Notes under the pieces: model-generated
Database searches by the model: none
Told to the model about the DNA's origin: nothing
What the model saw: the letters and a program-made list of their open reading frames with translations, nothing else
Source of the DNA: Desertivirga arenae
Lineage (GTDB): Bacteria > Bacteroidota > Bacteroidia > Sphingobacteriales > Sphingobacteriaceae
Length of the DNA stretch: 64,000 nt
Assembly: GCF_017355785.1 (NCBI RefSeq)
Contig: NZ_JAFEWE010000002.1
Span: 110,618 to 174,617 of the forward strand
Direction: 5' to 3'
Program-made: the position numbers and the translations under genes
Part shown: one piece after another, positions 9,084 to 18,865 of the stretch
Layout: the number at the start of each line of letters is the position of its first letter
How positions within the stretch are numbered: the first letter of the stretch is position 1

Positions 9084-9314
9084 TCAAGCTAATTTAAGCT
9101 TTCTAACCTCAATTTTACTCTGCGTATCTAGTTCCCTTAGCAACTCAACAACCTTTTCCTGCACCTCATCCACAATTTTCCAATCTTTAGCAATATAGAT
9201 ATCCGTAGTACGATGCCCTTCATCAACATGATTAAGAGCCAGAGCAACATCATCCTTACTCAAACGACAAGAATTACGAGCCAGGCTTGCAAAAGGATGC
9301 CTGAAATTTAACAA
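9084..9314 (-). CDS. Short hypothetical ORF, possibly a gene remnant.
   Basis: 76-aa ORF in a region full of fragments, with no motif. Confidence 0.2.
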   Translation of the reverse strand: MLNFRHPFASLARNSCRLSKDDVALALNHVDEGHRTTDIYIAKDWKIVDEVQEKVVELLRELDTQSKIEVRKLKLA

Positions 9315-9736
9315 AATATGCTGTTGAAACTGACGGATTGCGATCGCAGTTTGCCAGTGCTGCGGAGCTTAAAAAACTGCGTTTAGAAACAAATAAGGCC
9401 GCTTTCCTTACGGAGAACAGCCTTATTTGTTCGTGCTCGCAACCGGGCATTTCTCGAACCATTTTATAGATGATTTAAGGAAATTAGCAAGCGTTGAAAC
9501 AACTTCCCATCATTAAAATAGCGTAGCTTCCAATTGATCTCTCCACATAATGAACCTTTTTTGATAGTTAGAATAATCGTGAACAATACGACTAAAACCG
9601 GGGGGATTAGTTCCGGCAAGTGAAAGCAAAGGTGAAGGAACAAAAAAATAATTCCCACCTAATACCAGATGTGTGCGTTTTTGTGTTTAGATTAAAGTTG
9701 GCGCGAAGACATGACGCCCCTTTACAATCTATTAAT

Positions 9737-10939
9737 ATGGACAACACCCCGGAAAGAATCTCGACGCTTGAAAAAGAAAACTCTATCCTCCAGGCGACAA
9801 TAAATTCTTTGCAAGAATATCAAAACGAGAGAGATGCTCTGCAAAAAGCTTACAATGAAAGCCAGGTTCGTTTCAGAACTATTTTTGAAGAGTCCTCACT
9901 GGGAAATAAGATTATCAATGAAGAATTGAACATAATTCAGATAAACAAAAGCTTGATTGATATATTGGGTTACAACGAAGAGGAACTGGTAGGAAGAAAG
10001 ATAATAGAGTATACCCATCCAGATTATGTGCAGGGATGGGAGAAGTTAAGAAAAGAGTTATGGTCGAAGGAAAACGCTCGTACCTCCTTTAGTATTGACA
10101 CATGTTTAATCAGGAAAGATAAATCGACCATCTGGTGCCATGTAAGTTCAATTATTTTTCATGATAATGGGGACCGACTTGGCTACACGATAATAGAAGA
10201 TATTACTGACAGAAAGGAAGCTCAACGAATTAAAGATGAACTTTTAAAGCGCGACCATCTACTGGAGCTCAAAATCCAGGAACAAAAAAAGCAACAGGAA
10301 TTGTTTCACGCTACGATTCGTGCCCAAGAAGAAGAAAGAGAGCGAATAGCAGAGCAGTTACATAATAGTTTAGGGCAATTGCTCTATGCTGCAAAACTCA
10401 ACCTGGATCAAATAAAACCAGGCGAAGACCGAGAAATAAATGAGATAAACAGAAAGCAACTCAGTAAAACGGAAGGGCTTATAGCAGATTGTATTACTGA
10501 ATGCAGAAGAACCTCCCATGGGTTATTGCCAATGATCTTAAAAGATTATGGTCTGCGGGCAGCAATCGCAGATCTATGTGAACAGTTGAACCCGGGTTTA
10601 AACATAAAATGGCAATTTAACAGCTCGCATGCCATTAAAGATAAGTATGTAGAAGTGGTAATCTTTAGAACAGTGCAGGAACTTTTATTAAATGTAGTGA
10701 AACATGCTGCTGCAACTAAAGCCTTCTGTAAAGTGGATATTTCTAAGAGCAGGATTTCCCTGTCAGTGGAAGATAATGGTAAGGGTTTTGACCCCGGCAA
10801 AATCGAGGGGAGAGGTATCGGGTTAACGGCGCTAAAAGGTAGAATCGAATTGATGGGCGGTACTTTGAATATCTCAAGTAATGTTAACGGGGGAACCGTA
10901 ATCAGCATACAACTGCCCCGGGGAGTGTCTAAAGAATGA
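9737..10939 (+). CDS. PAS-domain sensor histidine kinase of HisKA_3 / NarL-partner type.
   Basis: PAS block (FRTIFEESSLGNKIIN...EEELVG), coiled coil, H-box 'EEERERIAEQLHNSLGQLL' and HATPase_c G-boxes (DNGKGF, GIGL). The likely start is MDNTPER at 9737; the track ORF begins at 9620. Confidence 0.8.
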   Translation: MDNTPERISTLEKENSILQATINSLQEYQNERDALQKAYNESQVRFRTIFEESSLGNKIINEELNIIQINKSLIDILGYNEEELVGRKIIEYTHPDYVQGWEKLRKELWSKENARTSFSIDTCLIRKDKSTIWCHVSSIIFHDNGDRLGYTIIEDITDRKEAQRIKDELLKRDHLLELKIQEQKKQQELFHATIRAQEEERERIAEQLHNSLGQLLYAAKLNLDQIKPGEDREINEINRKQLSKTEGLIADCITECRRTSHGLLPMILKDYGLRAAIADLCEQLNPGLNIKWQFNSSHAIKDKYVEVVIFRTVQELLLNVVKHAAATKAFCKVDISKSRISLSVEDNGKGFDPGKIEGRGIGLTALKGRIELMGGTLNISSNVNGGTVISIQLPRGVSKE

Positions 10940-10989
10940 CCGGTGAGTCAGTCAAAATAAATGCACCTCTAACATAAGGTGGTAGAGAT

Positions 10990-11307
10990 TTAACGCAATC
11001 TGTTTCTGTTAAATGCAATCAGAAACTCCGGTGCAGTTGTCATGTGTTCCTGATGTCCGGACTGTTCAATATGTGGGTTCGCTTTGTGCAGCTTTGTTTT
11101 AACCAGTTGGTGAAGCTGAAGGAGCATTTCCGGAAGACCATTCTTTGATAGAGTTGGATGGAATTTTCTTTCAAGTTCAAGCTTTTGCGCGCTGGTCGCC
11201 AAGCAAAGGTCCCAGCCTTCGTCTGCTTTAAACCAATATTCCTGGGCACAATTACTTAAATCAAATAGATACATCCTGGCTTCAAATTCTACTGTCGTGC
11301 TTATCAT
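10990..11307 (-). CDS. Hypothetical protein, family 'A' (about 105 aa). It is a paralog of 19457..19771.
   Basis: Shared residues with the second copy: ..NCA.EY.FKAE..W....A...LPE...QLV...L.....FL.A. Its start lies 1 nt after the stop of the upstream 44-aa ORF. Confidence 0.6.
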   Translation of the reverse strand: MISTTVEFEARMYLFDLSNCAQEYWFKADEGWDLCLATSAQKLELERKFHPTLSKNGLPEMLLQLHQLVKTKLHKANPHIEQSGHQEHMTTAPEFLIAFNRNRLR

Positions 11308-11308
11308 C

Positions 11309-11443
11309 TTATTTCTTTTTACTTCCTGTTAATGGTTCAGCTTTTGAAACTGTTTTTTTACCTGACTGGTAGTCCGACATTGATTTCTTAGTTTCTTTAC
11401 TGGCCGCCTTTTTGACGTTTTTTCCGCCTCTGTCTTTGCTCAT
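11309..11443 (-). CDS. Small Lys-rich protein (44 aa), MSKDRGGKNVKKAASKETKKSMSDYQSGKKTVSKAEPLTGSKKK. It is below the ORF-track cutoff.
   Basis: Found by manual translation. A homologous 40-aa ORF precedes the paralogous 105-aa gene at 19333. The spacing is identical in both copies (stop, 1 nt, ATG). Confidence 0.5.
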   Translation of the reverse strand: MSKDRGGKNVKKAASKETKKSMSDYQSGKKTVSKAEPLTGSKKK

Positions 11444-11445
11444 AA

Positions 11446-11907
11446 TTATTTAGTTACACTTGTTTTCATTAGTAGCCTGATTGCTGAATCTTTCAAATTC
11501 GTGTTTAAATCCTCGTAGTGATCAAAACGATATTGATAAAGCTTTTCTATACTCCCTGGTCCTTCAGCTATCAACGCGGCTATGTGTTTCAAAGCACCAG
11601 CCTTCGCCATTTCCATTGCATGTATCCGTTGTTCATAGCCGTAATACATATCTTTTTCCGAAGGCAGGGAATAAATACTATTTGGAAAAGAGCATTGCTC
11701 ATCTACTAAATTTCCTGTTTGTGATCCCATTAAGCCGGGCCGAGGCACCCGAATAAAATCATTAAAGGATACTTCTGTTACCTTTGTGTCGTTTTTAAAC
11801 ACACGATAGAACTTGCTGAAACGATGTTTCTCCATAATTTTTCTGATTAAAGCAATGTTAAGATTAAAGAGTACCGAATCAGTTGGGTATTCCCTAAGTA
11901 CGGGCAA
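11446..11907 (-). CDS. Hypothetical protein (153 aa). It is the first gene of a tight three-gene unit with the 44-aa and 105-aa ORFs.
   Basis: The ORF stop is separated by 2 nt from the small-ORF ATG. No motif recognised. Confidence 0.5.
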   Translation of the reverse strand: MPVLREYPTDSVLFNLNIALIRKIMEKHRFSKFYRVFKNDTKVTEVSFNDFIRVPRPGLMGSQTGNLVDEQCSFPNSIYSLPSEKDMYYGYEQRIHAMEMAKAGALKHIAALIAEGPGSIEKLYQYRFDHYEDLNTNLKDSAIRLLMKTSVTK

Positions 11908-12075
11908 AAGAGAGAGTTTGGTAGCTTTTTTCGTGAAGTTTAATTGATTCTAAAAGGCCAGGAAGAACCTTCGAAAACTTTCATCCTCCGTTTGGGAGTT
12001 TCTCTCATGAAGTTTTTTCTAAAGGTAACATTACTTTTGAGATTCCCCTGTATATTCCTGATTATTATTTATTAA

Positions 12076-13029
12076 TTGCCTGTAGCTATTCCCGGGCAAC
12101 AAAAGAAACTTAAACATCGGCAACTTTATCCTACTGCATTTTTAGTACCTTGCTGGTATTACATACCGTTCAAAGATCTACTATTGAAGTTCCATATCAT
12201 TCACTCCACATCTTATTCTTACAGCAGAGAAGTATTTTTGTCTCCGCAAATTCTACGGTTAAAACCGTCCACCCATATCCACGCTATTATCAGAGATTAT
12301 AAGCTGGTTTGTGAACCGCCACAAAAAAGCATCCATTGGCTGCAGGACGCTTTTGGAAACAGCCTTGCCCGTATAATATTTCCCGGTAGCCTTAATTCTT
12401 TATCTATTAATGTATCCTTTAATATTGAGCCTATAGATTTCGATCCTTTCGATTTTTATCTCGAAGATCAGGCCATGATTTTCCCTTTCGAATACGAGCC
12501 GGAAACCAAAAGGGCATTATGCGCCTACTTTGAAATTGCTGAATCAGGACCATTTCTAAAAGTTTTTCTTGAGGGGCTGAAGGTAGAAAATGTATCCACT
12601 GTTGATCTTTTGTTGCAGGTTAACAGGCGTATTTTTGAAACTATTGCTTACACAGAAAGAGAGGAAGCCGGCATTCAGACTTGTGAGGATTCTTTATCGG
12701 GTAAAACCGGAAGCTGTCGAGACGTCGCCTGGCTACTGGTTCAGGTATTACGTAATTTAAACATTGCTGCTCGTTTTGTTTCAGGCTACCTTCTTGAATC
12801 AGGAGAAGGGATAACAGACCGTATCTCTCTTCACGCCTGGACAGAAGTTTTTTTGCCGGGAGCGGGCTGGCGGGGCCTTGATCCAACAACCGGTTTATTC
12901 ACAGGATCGGGACATATCCCTCTTGCCGTTAGTTCAAGCGCATCAGATGCCGCGCCCGTTTCGGGTAGTGTGAGTGAATGTGAGTCAAAACTTAGTTTTT
13001 CAAGTACGATCAAGCGGCTTTACAACTAG
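12076..13029 (+). CDS. Transglutaminase-like family protein (bacterial N-terminal domain plus transglutaminase core).
   Basis: Family-typical 'KFHIIHSTSYSYS' N-terminal motif. The core contains the Cys motif 'GSCRDVAWLLVQVLR..ARFVSGY'. The true start may be the TTG at 12184. Confidence 0.7.
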   Translation: MPVAIPGQQKKLKHRQLYPTAFLVPCWYYIPFKDLLLKFHIIHSTSYSYSREVFLSPQILRLKPSTHIHAIIRDYKLVCEPPQKSIHWLQDAFGNSLARIIFPGSLNSLSINVSFNIEPIDFDPFDFYLEDQAMIFPFEYEPETKRALCAYFEIAESGPFLKVFLEGLKVENVSTVDLLLQVNRRIFETIAYTEREEAGIQTCEDSLSGKTGSCRDVAWLLVQVLRNLNIAARFVSGYLLESGEGITDRISLHAWTEVFLPGAGWRGLDPTTGLFTGSGHIPLAVSSSASDAAPVSGSVSECESKLSFSSTIKRLYN

Positions 13030-13236
13030 TAGTCCGCTTCTCTTAATATGCATGAGATAAACACATAAGAACAGGTCTTATCTGAACTTTTAGAACGTTA
13101 AGTATAAAAACTCTACTGATTAATTTTAATCCTATAAATAACGGCAAGTACAAATTGTATTTACTACAATAATATACTTAAGTGAGAATTGAGTGCTGCA
13201 AGTGCTTCTCTTAAGTAATAAGACTGTATAATCAGA

Positions 13237-14466
13237 TCAAGGAAGTGGAAGACGAACGGCGGCAATAGCCCCTTTTCCTGGTGTAGACTTCAATTCGAAA
13301 TTACCTTTTAACAAACTTATATTCCTTCTGATCCTGTCCAATCCAGTGCCTGCACCCTGAACTTCTTCAAGAATAAATCCTTTGCCATTGTCTTCAATTA
13401 CAATTACCATTTCATATCCAATTTCTTTAATAGACAAACTACCAGTGGTCGCTTGCGAATGCTTCATGATATTGACCAGCAGCTCCTGCACAAGCCTGAA
13501 AACGATCATATCAAAATACTTATGAACCTTATAATTTGAAAAATGAATAGTACAACTGAAATCAATTGCCCAACGCGTCTCATCGCAGAGAGACTCAATG
13601 GCTGCTTTCAATCCAAAATCCTGTAGAATTGAGGGCATTAGTTGTTGAGAGATCAACCTACACTCACTAATAGAGGTGTGAAGAAGTTTACCTGCCTGAT
13701 CAATTGCCAGATAATCGGTCTCTTTCCTGTTTCTAGAATTCACTTTGCTCAACTCCATTTGGGTAGCAAACAGTAATTGCGCTAAACTATTGGTAATTCC
13801 ATCTGCAACTTGTTCCTTTTCTCTCTCCTGTGCGATGATAGTTTCCAGAAACTCTTTTTCCCTCAGTCTCTTATCGGTCTCTTCACGTTGCTTCCTTTCA
13901 GAAATGTCCTCGATAATGGTATATCCTAGTTTTTTTCCGTGGTCCTGAAAAACAATAGAAGTAATATGGCACCAAATTAAAGTCTTATCTTTTTTAATAA
14001 TACAGGTATCAATGCTGAAACTCCGGCTTTCGTTTCTCCACAGCGCATTTCTTAACACTTCCCAGCGAACTTTAAAATCCGGATGTGATAATTCGCTGAT
14101 ATCGATTCCGACCAGCTCCTTCTCGGTGTATTGCAGAATATCAATTAGTGCTTTATTTGCTTTAATTATTCGGAGATCAGAATCAATGATTTTCTTGCCC
14201 AACACCGATTGGTCAAATACTGCCCGAAATTTCATGTTTCCCTTATAGATGTCTTCAACACGGCTTTTGTTTAATTCAACAGTTTCTAGGGCCTGCCTAT
14301 GAGATGCTTCAAGGTACTTTATTTCGTTCTTTAATGCCTGAATTTCTTCGAGGTATTTTCTTTCGGTGTTTGTATTCAAAGTTCTTTTAATTAGAGTATT
14401 GATTTTTTCGCAAGCAAAAACTGCTGCAGGTATCCATAAAAACAACTCTCCAATTTGCCGGATCAA
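13237..14466 (-). CDS. PAS-domain sensor histidine kinase (HisKA_3 type). It is a paralog of 9737..10939.
   Basis: PAS block FRAVFDQSVLGKKIIDSD...EKELVG aligns with FRTIFEESSLGNKIINEE...EEELVG. H-box 'EKEQVADGITNSLAQLL' and HATPase G-boxes are present. Confidence 0.8.
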   Translation of the reverse strand: MIRQIGELFLWIPAAVFACEKINTLIKRTLNTNTERKYLEEIQALKNEIKYLEASHRQALETVELNKSRVEDIYKGNMKFRAVFDQSVLGKKIIDSDLRIIKANKALIDILQYTEKELVGIDISELSHPDFKVRWEVLRNALWRNESRSFSIDTCIIKKDKTLIWCHITSIVFQDHGKKLGYTIIEDISERKQREETDKRLREKEFLETIIAQEREKEQVADGITNSLAQLLFATQMELSKVNSRNRKETDYLAIDQAGKLLHTSISECRLISQQLMPSILQDFGLKAAIESLCDETRWAIDFSCTIHFSNYKVHKYFDMIVFRLVQELLVNIMKHSQATTGSLSIKEIGYEMVIVIEDNGKGFILEEVQGAGTGLDRIRRNISLLKGNFELKSTPGKGAIAAVRLPLP

Positions 14467-14688
14467 AGAACTTCTTTACTTAAGATAAACGCAAGTTATA
14501 CTAGTAACGCTTTTTATTAGGATTCTGTTGTTTACCAGGGCTGTAGAAAATTTGATTTGCAGGTAGTCTCTAAATTCTAGTGTTTGTCAGGTTGGTGTTG
14601 AGTTCCAAAGATTAATTTTGGTAAATAGGCGAAGTCCTTATATTATTATCTACCTTGTGCCCCTTACCTCACATAAAAAATAGAAAAC

Positions 14689-15558
14689 ATGCCCTTTGAT
14701 ATTTCGATGATTCTTCAAAAGAAGAAAATGCAGATTCTTGAAATCTGGATTAAAAAACAATTGGAAAGTGCAGATCTGCGGGAAGACCTGTTCAGTAATG
14801 AAGATTTACGCGCATCCTGCGAGGAATTACTGGAAGTCTTGCTGTCTTCACTTAACGAAGACAATTTGACAAATCCGGCTTCAGCAGACTTTGACGAGGT
14901 TAACGAAATATTAGCCGGCATTTCTATTTCTCAAGCGAGGCAAGGGTTTAACCCCCGGGAAACTGCGCTTTTTGTATTTGGATTAAAAGAAAGCCTGATT
15001 GAAATCCTTCAGGAGGAAATTAAAGACCCCCAGGACCTGTTTACTAATTGCTTTAAACTTAACCGTTTACTTGACACGTTCAGTATAACCACTTTTGAGA
15101 CCTTTATTAAGGGTCGAGAGGAAGTAATCTTAAGACAAACCGACGAAATTGCCGAGATTTCTACCCCTGTTATCCGAGTTTGGGACGGCATTTTAGCCCT
15201 GCCCATTATTGGAACTCTTGATAGCGCCCGCACCCAGGTTGTTATGGAAAACTTACTGGAGGAAATTGTGGCATCGGGAAGCAGCATAGCAATCCTTGAT
15301 ATTTCCGGAGTTCCGGCAGTAGATTCCCTGGTTGCGCAGCACCTTATTAAAACAGTTAGTGCTACCCGGTTAATGGGAGCCGAATGTATTATTAGTGGAA
15401 TACGTCCGGAAATAGCACAAACGGTAGTGCACCTCGGTATTGACCTTTCGAATATTGTAACTAAAGCCACTCTGGCGAGCGCTCTGAAATTTGCTTTTCA
15501 GTCAATGAAATTAGAAGTTAAAAGAGTACAGAAGGATAACAGAAATATAGTTAGTTAA
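14689..15558 (+). CDS. RsbR-like stressosome sensor protein (N-terminal sensory domain plus C-terminal STAS).
   Basis: The C-terminal STAS region ('VWDGILALPIIGTLDSARTQ...') is typical of RsbR. It is the first gene of an RsbR-RsbS-RsbT arrangement. Confidence 0.7.
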   Translation: MPFDISMILQKKKMQILEIWIKKQLESADLREDLFSNEDLRASCEELLEVLLSSLNEDNLTNPASADFDEVNEILAGISISQARQGFNPRETALFVFGLKESLIEILQEEIKDPQDLFTNCFKLNRLLDTFSITTFETFIKGREEVILRQTDEIAEISTPVIRVWDGILALPIIGTLDSARTQVVMENLLEEIVASGSSIAILDISGVPAVDSLVAQHLIKTVSATRLMGAECIISGIRPEIAQTVVHLGIDLSNIVTKATLASALKFAFQSMKLEVKRVQKDNRNIVS

Positions 15559-15559
15559 G

Positions 15560-15958
15560 ATGGAGAGAATTCCTATTTTAAGGATGGGACATTACTTGCT
15601 GGTAACCATTCAGGTGGAGTTGTATGACAGGCTAGCGTTAAGTCTGGAAACAGATCTTGTTCAAATGGTTAATAAAACGTCAGCAAAAGGTGTATTAATT
15701 GATATTTCAGCAGTTGCCATAGTAGATTCTTTTATGGGTCGGATTATAGGGAATATAGCAAGTATGTCTAAGATATTGGATGCTCAAACGGTAGTAGTAG
15801 GAATGCAGCCGGCAGTGGCCATTACTCTGGTAGAATTAGGACTTTCCTTGCCTAATGTATTTACAGCTCTTGACGTGCAAAAGGGAATGGATCTTTTAGC
15901 CTCGATGATTGATGTGGAGCAGGAAGATTTCGATGATTACGAGGATAATAATTCTTAA
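15560..15958 (+). CDS. RsbS-like STAS-domain protein (stressosome scaffold / anti-sigma antagonist type).
   Basis: 132 aa, single STAS domain ('LRMGHYLLVTIQVELYD...AKGVLIDISAV'). It starts 2 nt after the rsbR-like stop. Confidence 0.7.
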   Translation: MERIPILRMGHYLLVTIQVELYDRLALSLETDLVQMVNKTSAKGVLIDISAVAIVDSFMGRIIGNIASMSKILDAQTVVVGMQPAVAITLVELGLSLPNVFTALDVQKGMDLLASMIDVEQEDFDDYEDNNS

Positions 15959-16372
15959 ATGATTGTAACACTGTCGAAGGATGTCATGAAGGTGGTAAAG
16001 GATCAGGATGTGGTACCCTTTCGCAATCGGGTAAAAGAGTATGCTGTAAAAATCAAAATGGGCTTAGTCAATCAAACCAAATTGATCACTGCAGCAAGCG
16101 AATTGGTTCGGAACATGCTCAAATATGCCTCGGGAGGCGAAATCCTTATTGAAATAATAACAAAGGGACGAGATAATGGCATCCGCCTTACCTTTAAAGA
16201 TAAGGGTCCGGGAATTCCAGATATCGATCTGGCTATGAAAGACGGTTTTTCTACCGGAAAAAGTTTAGGGCTTGGATTGCCCGGAACTAAACGGCTGGTA
16301 AGCGAATTCGACATCAAAACTATTGTAGGTGAAGGCACTACAGTAAGAATAATAAAATGGGCTAATGGTTAA
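15959..16372 (+). CDS. RsbT-like serine kinase (HATPase_c, anti-sigma regulatory factor type).
   Basis: 137 aa. It carries an N-box (ELVRNMLKYA), G1 'DKGPGI' and G2 'GLGLPGTKRL'. It abuts the rsbS-like gene. Confidence 0.7.
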   Translation: MIVTLSKDVMKVVKDQDVVPFRNRVKEYAVKIKMGLVNQTKLITAASELVRNMLKYASGGEILIEIITKGRDNGIRLTFKDKGPGIPDIDLAMKDGFSTGKSLGLGLPGTKRLVSEFDIKTIVGEGTTVRIIKWANG

Positions 16373-17378
16373 TGCTACTCATCAAAGTTTCAGGGCAGAT
16401 GACCGGAGCTACTTTTCTATCCTGAAAAAGGAAATTCATAAACAGGCACATGATGAAGGATACTCGGATAAGAGGATCGCTGAACTGGATATTATTATTT
16501 CAGAGCTCACTTCTAACCTACATAAGCATGCAGTTGACGGTGAAGTACTTTTTGCTAATATAAAAAGTGAGGCAGGAGACTATCTTGAAATTATCACTAT
16601 TGACAATGGTCCGGGTATAAATGATGTTTCACGGATGATGGCTGATGGAATGTCAACTACAAACACGCTAGGACAGGGGCTCGGGAGCATAAAGAGACTT
16701 TCTGATACATTCGATATTTATAGCCAGAAGGATTGGGGCACCATTACTTTAAACCGCCTGTTGAAAGAGGCGAAAAAACAACGCAACCCCTTAATGTATG
16801 AGATACATGCACTCGTAGTTGCCAAGCCAGGCGAAACCCTAAGCGGAGATGGAACTTACTACAAAGTAACGCAGGAGTACTTTAAAATACTGATTGCTGA
16901 CGGACTTGGGCATGGGCCTGAGGCTAATAAAGCGGTAAATGAGGCTGTTAATGCATTTAAAATTTGTCCATTTCACAGTCCTGTAGAAGTATTGCGATAT
17001 ATAGATTCTTCTATCAAAAGAACCCGGGGAATGGTAGGAACTGTTATTATTTATAACAGGAAGACAAATATCTGGAGTGTGGCGGGCGTGGGAAATATCT
17101 CCTGCAAGTTCGCGAATGGACTATCCTACAAGAACATCATGTCCTACAACGGCATTATTGGTCATAACATTCCAAGAACCATGCATGATCAGGAAATAGC
17201 ACTTGCTGATTTTCCTCATTTTATTGCTTGTTCAGATGGGCTTAAGTCCAAATGGGAAAGCGCAAAGTATCCTCTGATAGGCAGATGCGATCCTTCTATA
17301 CTGGCAGCAGCAATCTACAAGGATTTTGCAAGAAAAACAGATGACATGTCGGTGGTAATCGGCAAAGTAAAAAAATGA
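16365..17378 (+). CDS. Fusion protein: an N-terminal HATPase (RsbW/RsbT-like kinase) domain plus a C-terminal PP2C/SpoIIE-type phosphatase.
   Basis: N-terminal 'ELTSNLHKHA...DNGPGI...GQGLGSIKRL'. Phosphatase motifs 'LIADGLGHGPEAN' and 'ACSDGL'. It overlaps the rsbT-like gene by 8 nt. Confidence 0.7.
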   Translation: MVNATHQSFRADDRSYFSILKKEIHKQAHDEGYSDKRIAELDIIISELTSNLHKHAVDGEVLFANIKSEAGDYLEIITIDNGPGINDVSRMMADGMSTTNTLGQGLGSIKRLSDTFDIYSQKDWGTITLNRLLKEAKKQRNPLMYEIHALVVAKPGETLSGDGTYYKVTQEYFKILIADGLGHGPEANKAVNEAVNAFKICPFHSPVEVLRYIDSSIKRTRGMVGTVIIYNRKTNIWSVAGVGNISCKFANGLSYKNIMSYNGIIGHNIPRTMHDQEIALADFPHFIACSDGLKSKWESAKYPLIGRCDPSILAAAIYKDFARKTDDMSVVIGKVKK

Positions 17379-17379
17379 T

Positions 17380-18573
17380 ATGATTGAGATTGTTCGTGAA
17401 ACTCTGGAAAATGAAATGGATCTGGTTCTTGCTCATAAAAAAGCTATGCGGCTGGCCGAACTCCTGGAGTTAACATTGACAACTCAAACAGTATTTGCTA
17501 CGGCGATTTCAGAAATTTCAAGAGAAATTATTGAGAAAACCAACACAGGAATTCTAACTCTGGGCCTGATTTCGGAAGAGGGGAAATTCTCATTACAAGC
17601 CTCCATACTTTGTGGCGGAGAGGATTGTTACGATTCGGAAAATGAAGGGTTCAGGTACGCTAAGAAGCTTGTTGCCCATTATGAGGAGTATGTAAATGGC
17701 AATAATAAGCTCATTAATCTGCAGATTAAGCTACCTGCACTAGTCAAGATAACTCCTCCAAGGATAGAGAAGTTTATTTATTATTTTGAGCATCTGATGC
17801 CCTTCTCGCCGTACGAGACTATTAAGAGGCAAATCAGCTCAATAACTCAAAAATCTGAGGCCCAGGAGGAAGAACTGAGGAACTCGAAATCTCTGGACGA
17901 TAAGAAGAACGAGTTTATATCCTTAGCAAGTCATGAACTTAAAACACCCGTTACCATAATTAAGGCTTTTGCTCAGCTGGCAAAAAAGTCGGGGCCAGAT
18001 CATTGCAGCGCTACCGTACAAACCTTTATTTCCAAAATAGAAGATCAGGCAAGTAAGCTTACTTCCCTTATTCAGCAATTGTTAGACGTTTCTAAAATGG
18101 AAAGGGATACGCTGGACTACCAAATGGATGAAGCAAGTCTCAATGGGTATATAACAGAAACTCTGTCCATTTTACAGCACACAATTCCCCGTCAGGACCT
18201 GAAAATTAAACTTGGCGCTGATGTGCTTGTAAGATTGGATAAGTTCAGAATGGAGCAGGTCTTTTCTAATTTATTAGGGAATGCGTCCAAATATTCTGCA
18301 GAGTCTACGATCATTACAATTACTACAACCTCAACGATCAAGGAAGTTGTAATTGCAATAAAGGATGAAGGTATGGGAATGTCTGAAGAAGATCTGGTAA
18401 GGGTTTTTGATAAATTTCACCGGAACAAAGAAGTAATCAACAAATATTCAGGGCTCGGCATGGGATTGTACATTTCTTCAAGAATTATTGCCGGACATGG
18501 AGGACGAATCTGGGTAAAAAGTGAATTAAATAAAGGTTCCACCTTCTATTTTTCTATACCTCTCTCTTCCTGA
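17380..18573 (+). CDS. Sensor histidine kinase (HisKA plus HATPase_c) with an uncharacterised cytoplasmic N-terminal domain. It is the last gene of the stressosome operon.
   Basis: H-box 'SHELKTPVT', N-box 'LLGNASKYS', G-boxes 'DEGMGM' and 'GLGMGL'. No transmembrane segment is evident. Confidence 0.8.
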   Translation: MIEIVRETLENEMDLVLAHKKAMRLAELLELTLTTQTVFATAISEISREIIEKTNTGILTLGLISEEGKFSLQASILCGGEDCYDSENEGFRYAKKLVAHYEEYVNGNNKLINLQIKLPALVKITPPRIEKFIYYFEHLMPFSPYETIKRQISSITQKSEAQEEELRNSKSLDDKKNEFISLASHELKTPVTIIKAFAQLAKKSGPDHCSATVQTFISKIEDQASKLTSLIQQLLDVSKMERDTLDYQMDEASLNGYITETLSILQHTIPRQDLKIKLGADVLVRLDKFRMEQVFSNLLGNASKYSAESTIITITTTSTIKEVVIAIKDEGMGMSEEDLVRVFDKFHRNKEVINKYSGLGMGLYISSRIIAGHGGRIWVKSELNKGSTFYFSIPLSS

Positions 18574-18611
18574 ACCGGTCCATACTTATCACTTCATACA
18601 CGGACGCATGC

Positions 18612-18797
18612 TTATATTGGCTCTGTATGATACTTATTTACGACTACTTCCATGTCGTTATATGTCACTACCAACTGATGGACGCCTTTATAGTCAACAA
18701 AAACCATATAGGGTTGTTCTTTTTTAAATCCCGGAAACCCTTTTCCGGAATATCTTAGGTTCTGTCCGGGAACTAACTTTTTTTCTCTTTTTATCAT
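18612..18797 (-). CDS. Small hypothetical protein (61 aa).
   Basis: ORF only, no motif. Confidence 0.25.
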   Translation of the reverse strand: MIKREKKLVPGQNLRYSGKGFPGFKKEQPYMVFVDYKGVHQLVVTYNDMEVVVNKYHTEPI

Positions 18798-18865
18798 AAA
18801 GTCTCTGTAACTGGTTCAAACAAGAACCAAAATATCACCCATAGCCTTACTTATTGTTTAAATTA

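Noticed and set aside
13039-13215. Two copies of the 11-mer GCTTCTCTTAA about 160 bp apart, downstream of the transglutaminase-like gene.
   Set aside because: It is a single short exact match in AT-rich intergenic DNA with no further flanking similarity. It is compatible with chance.
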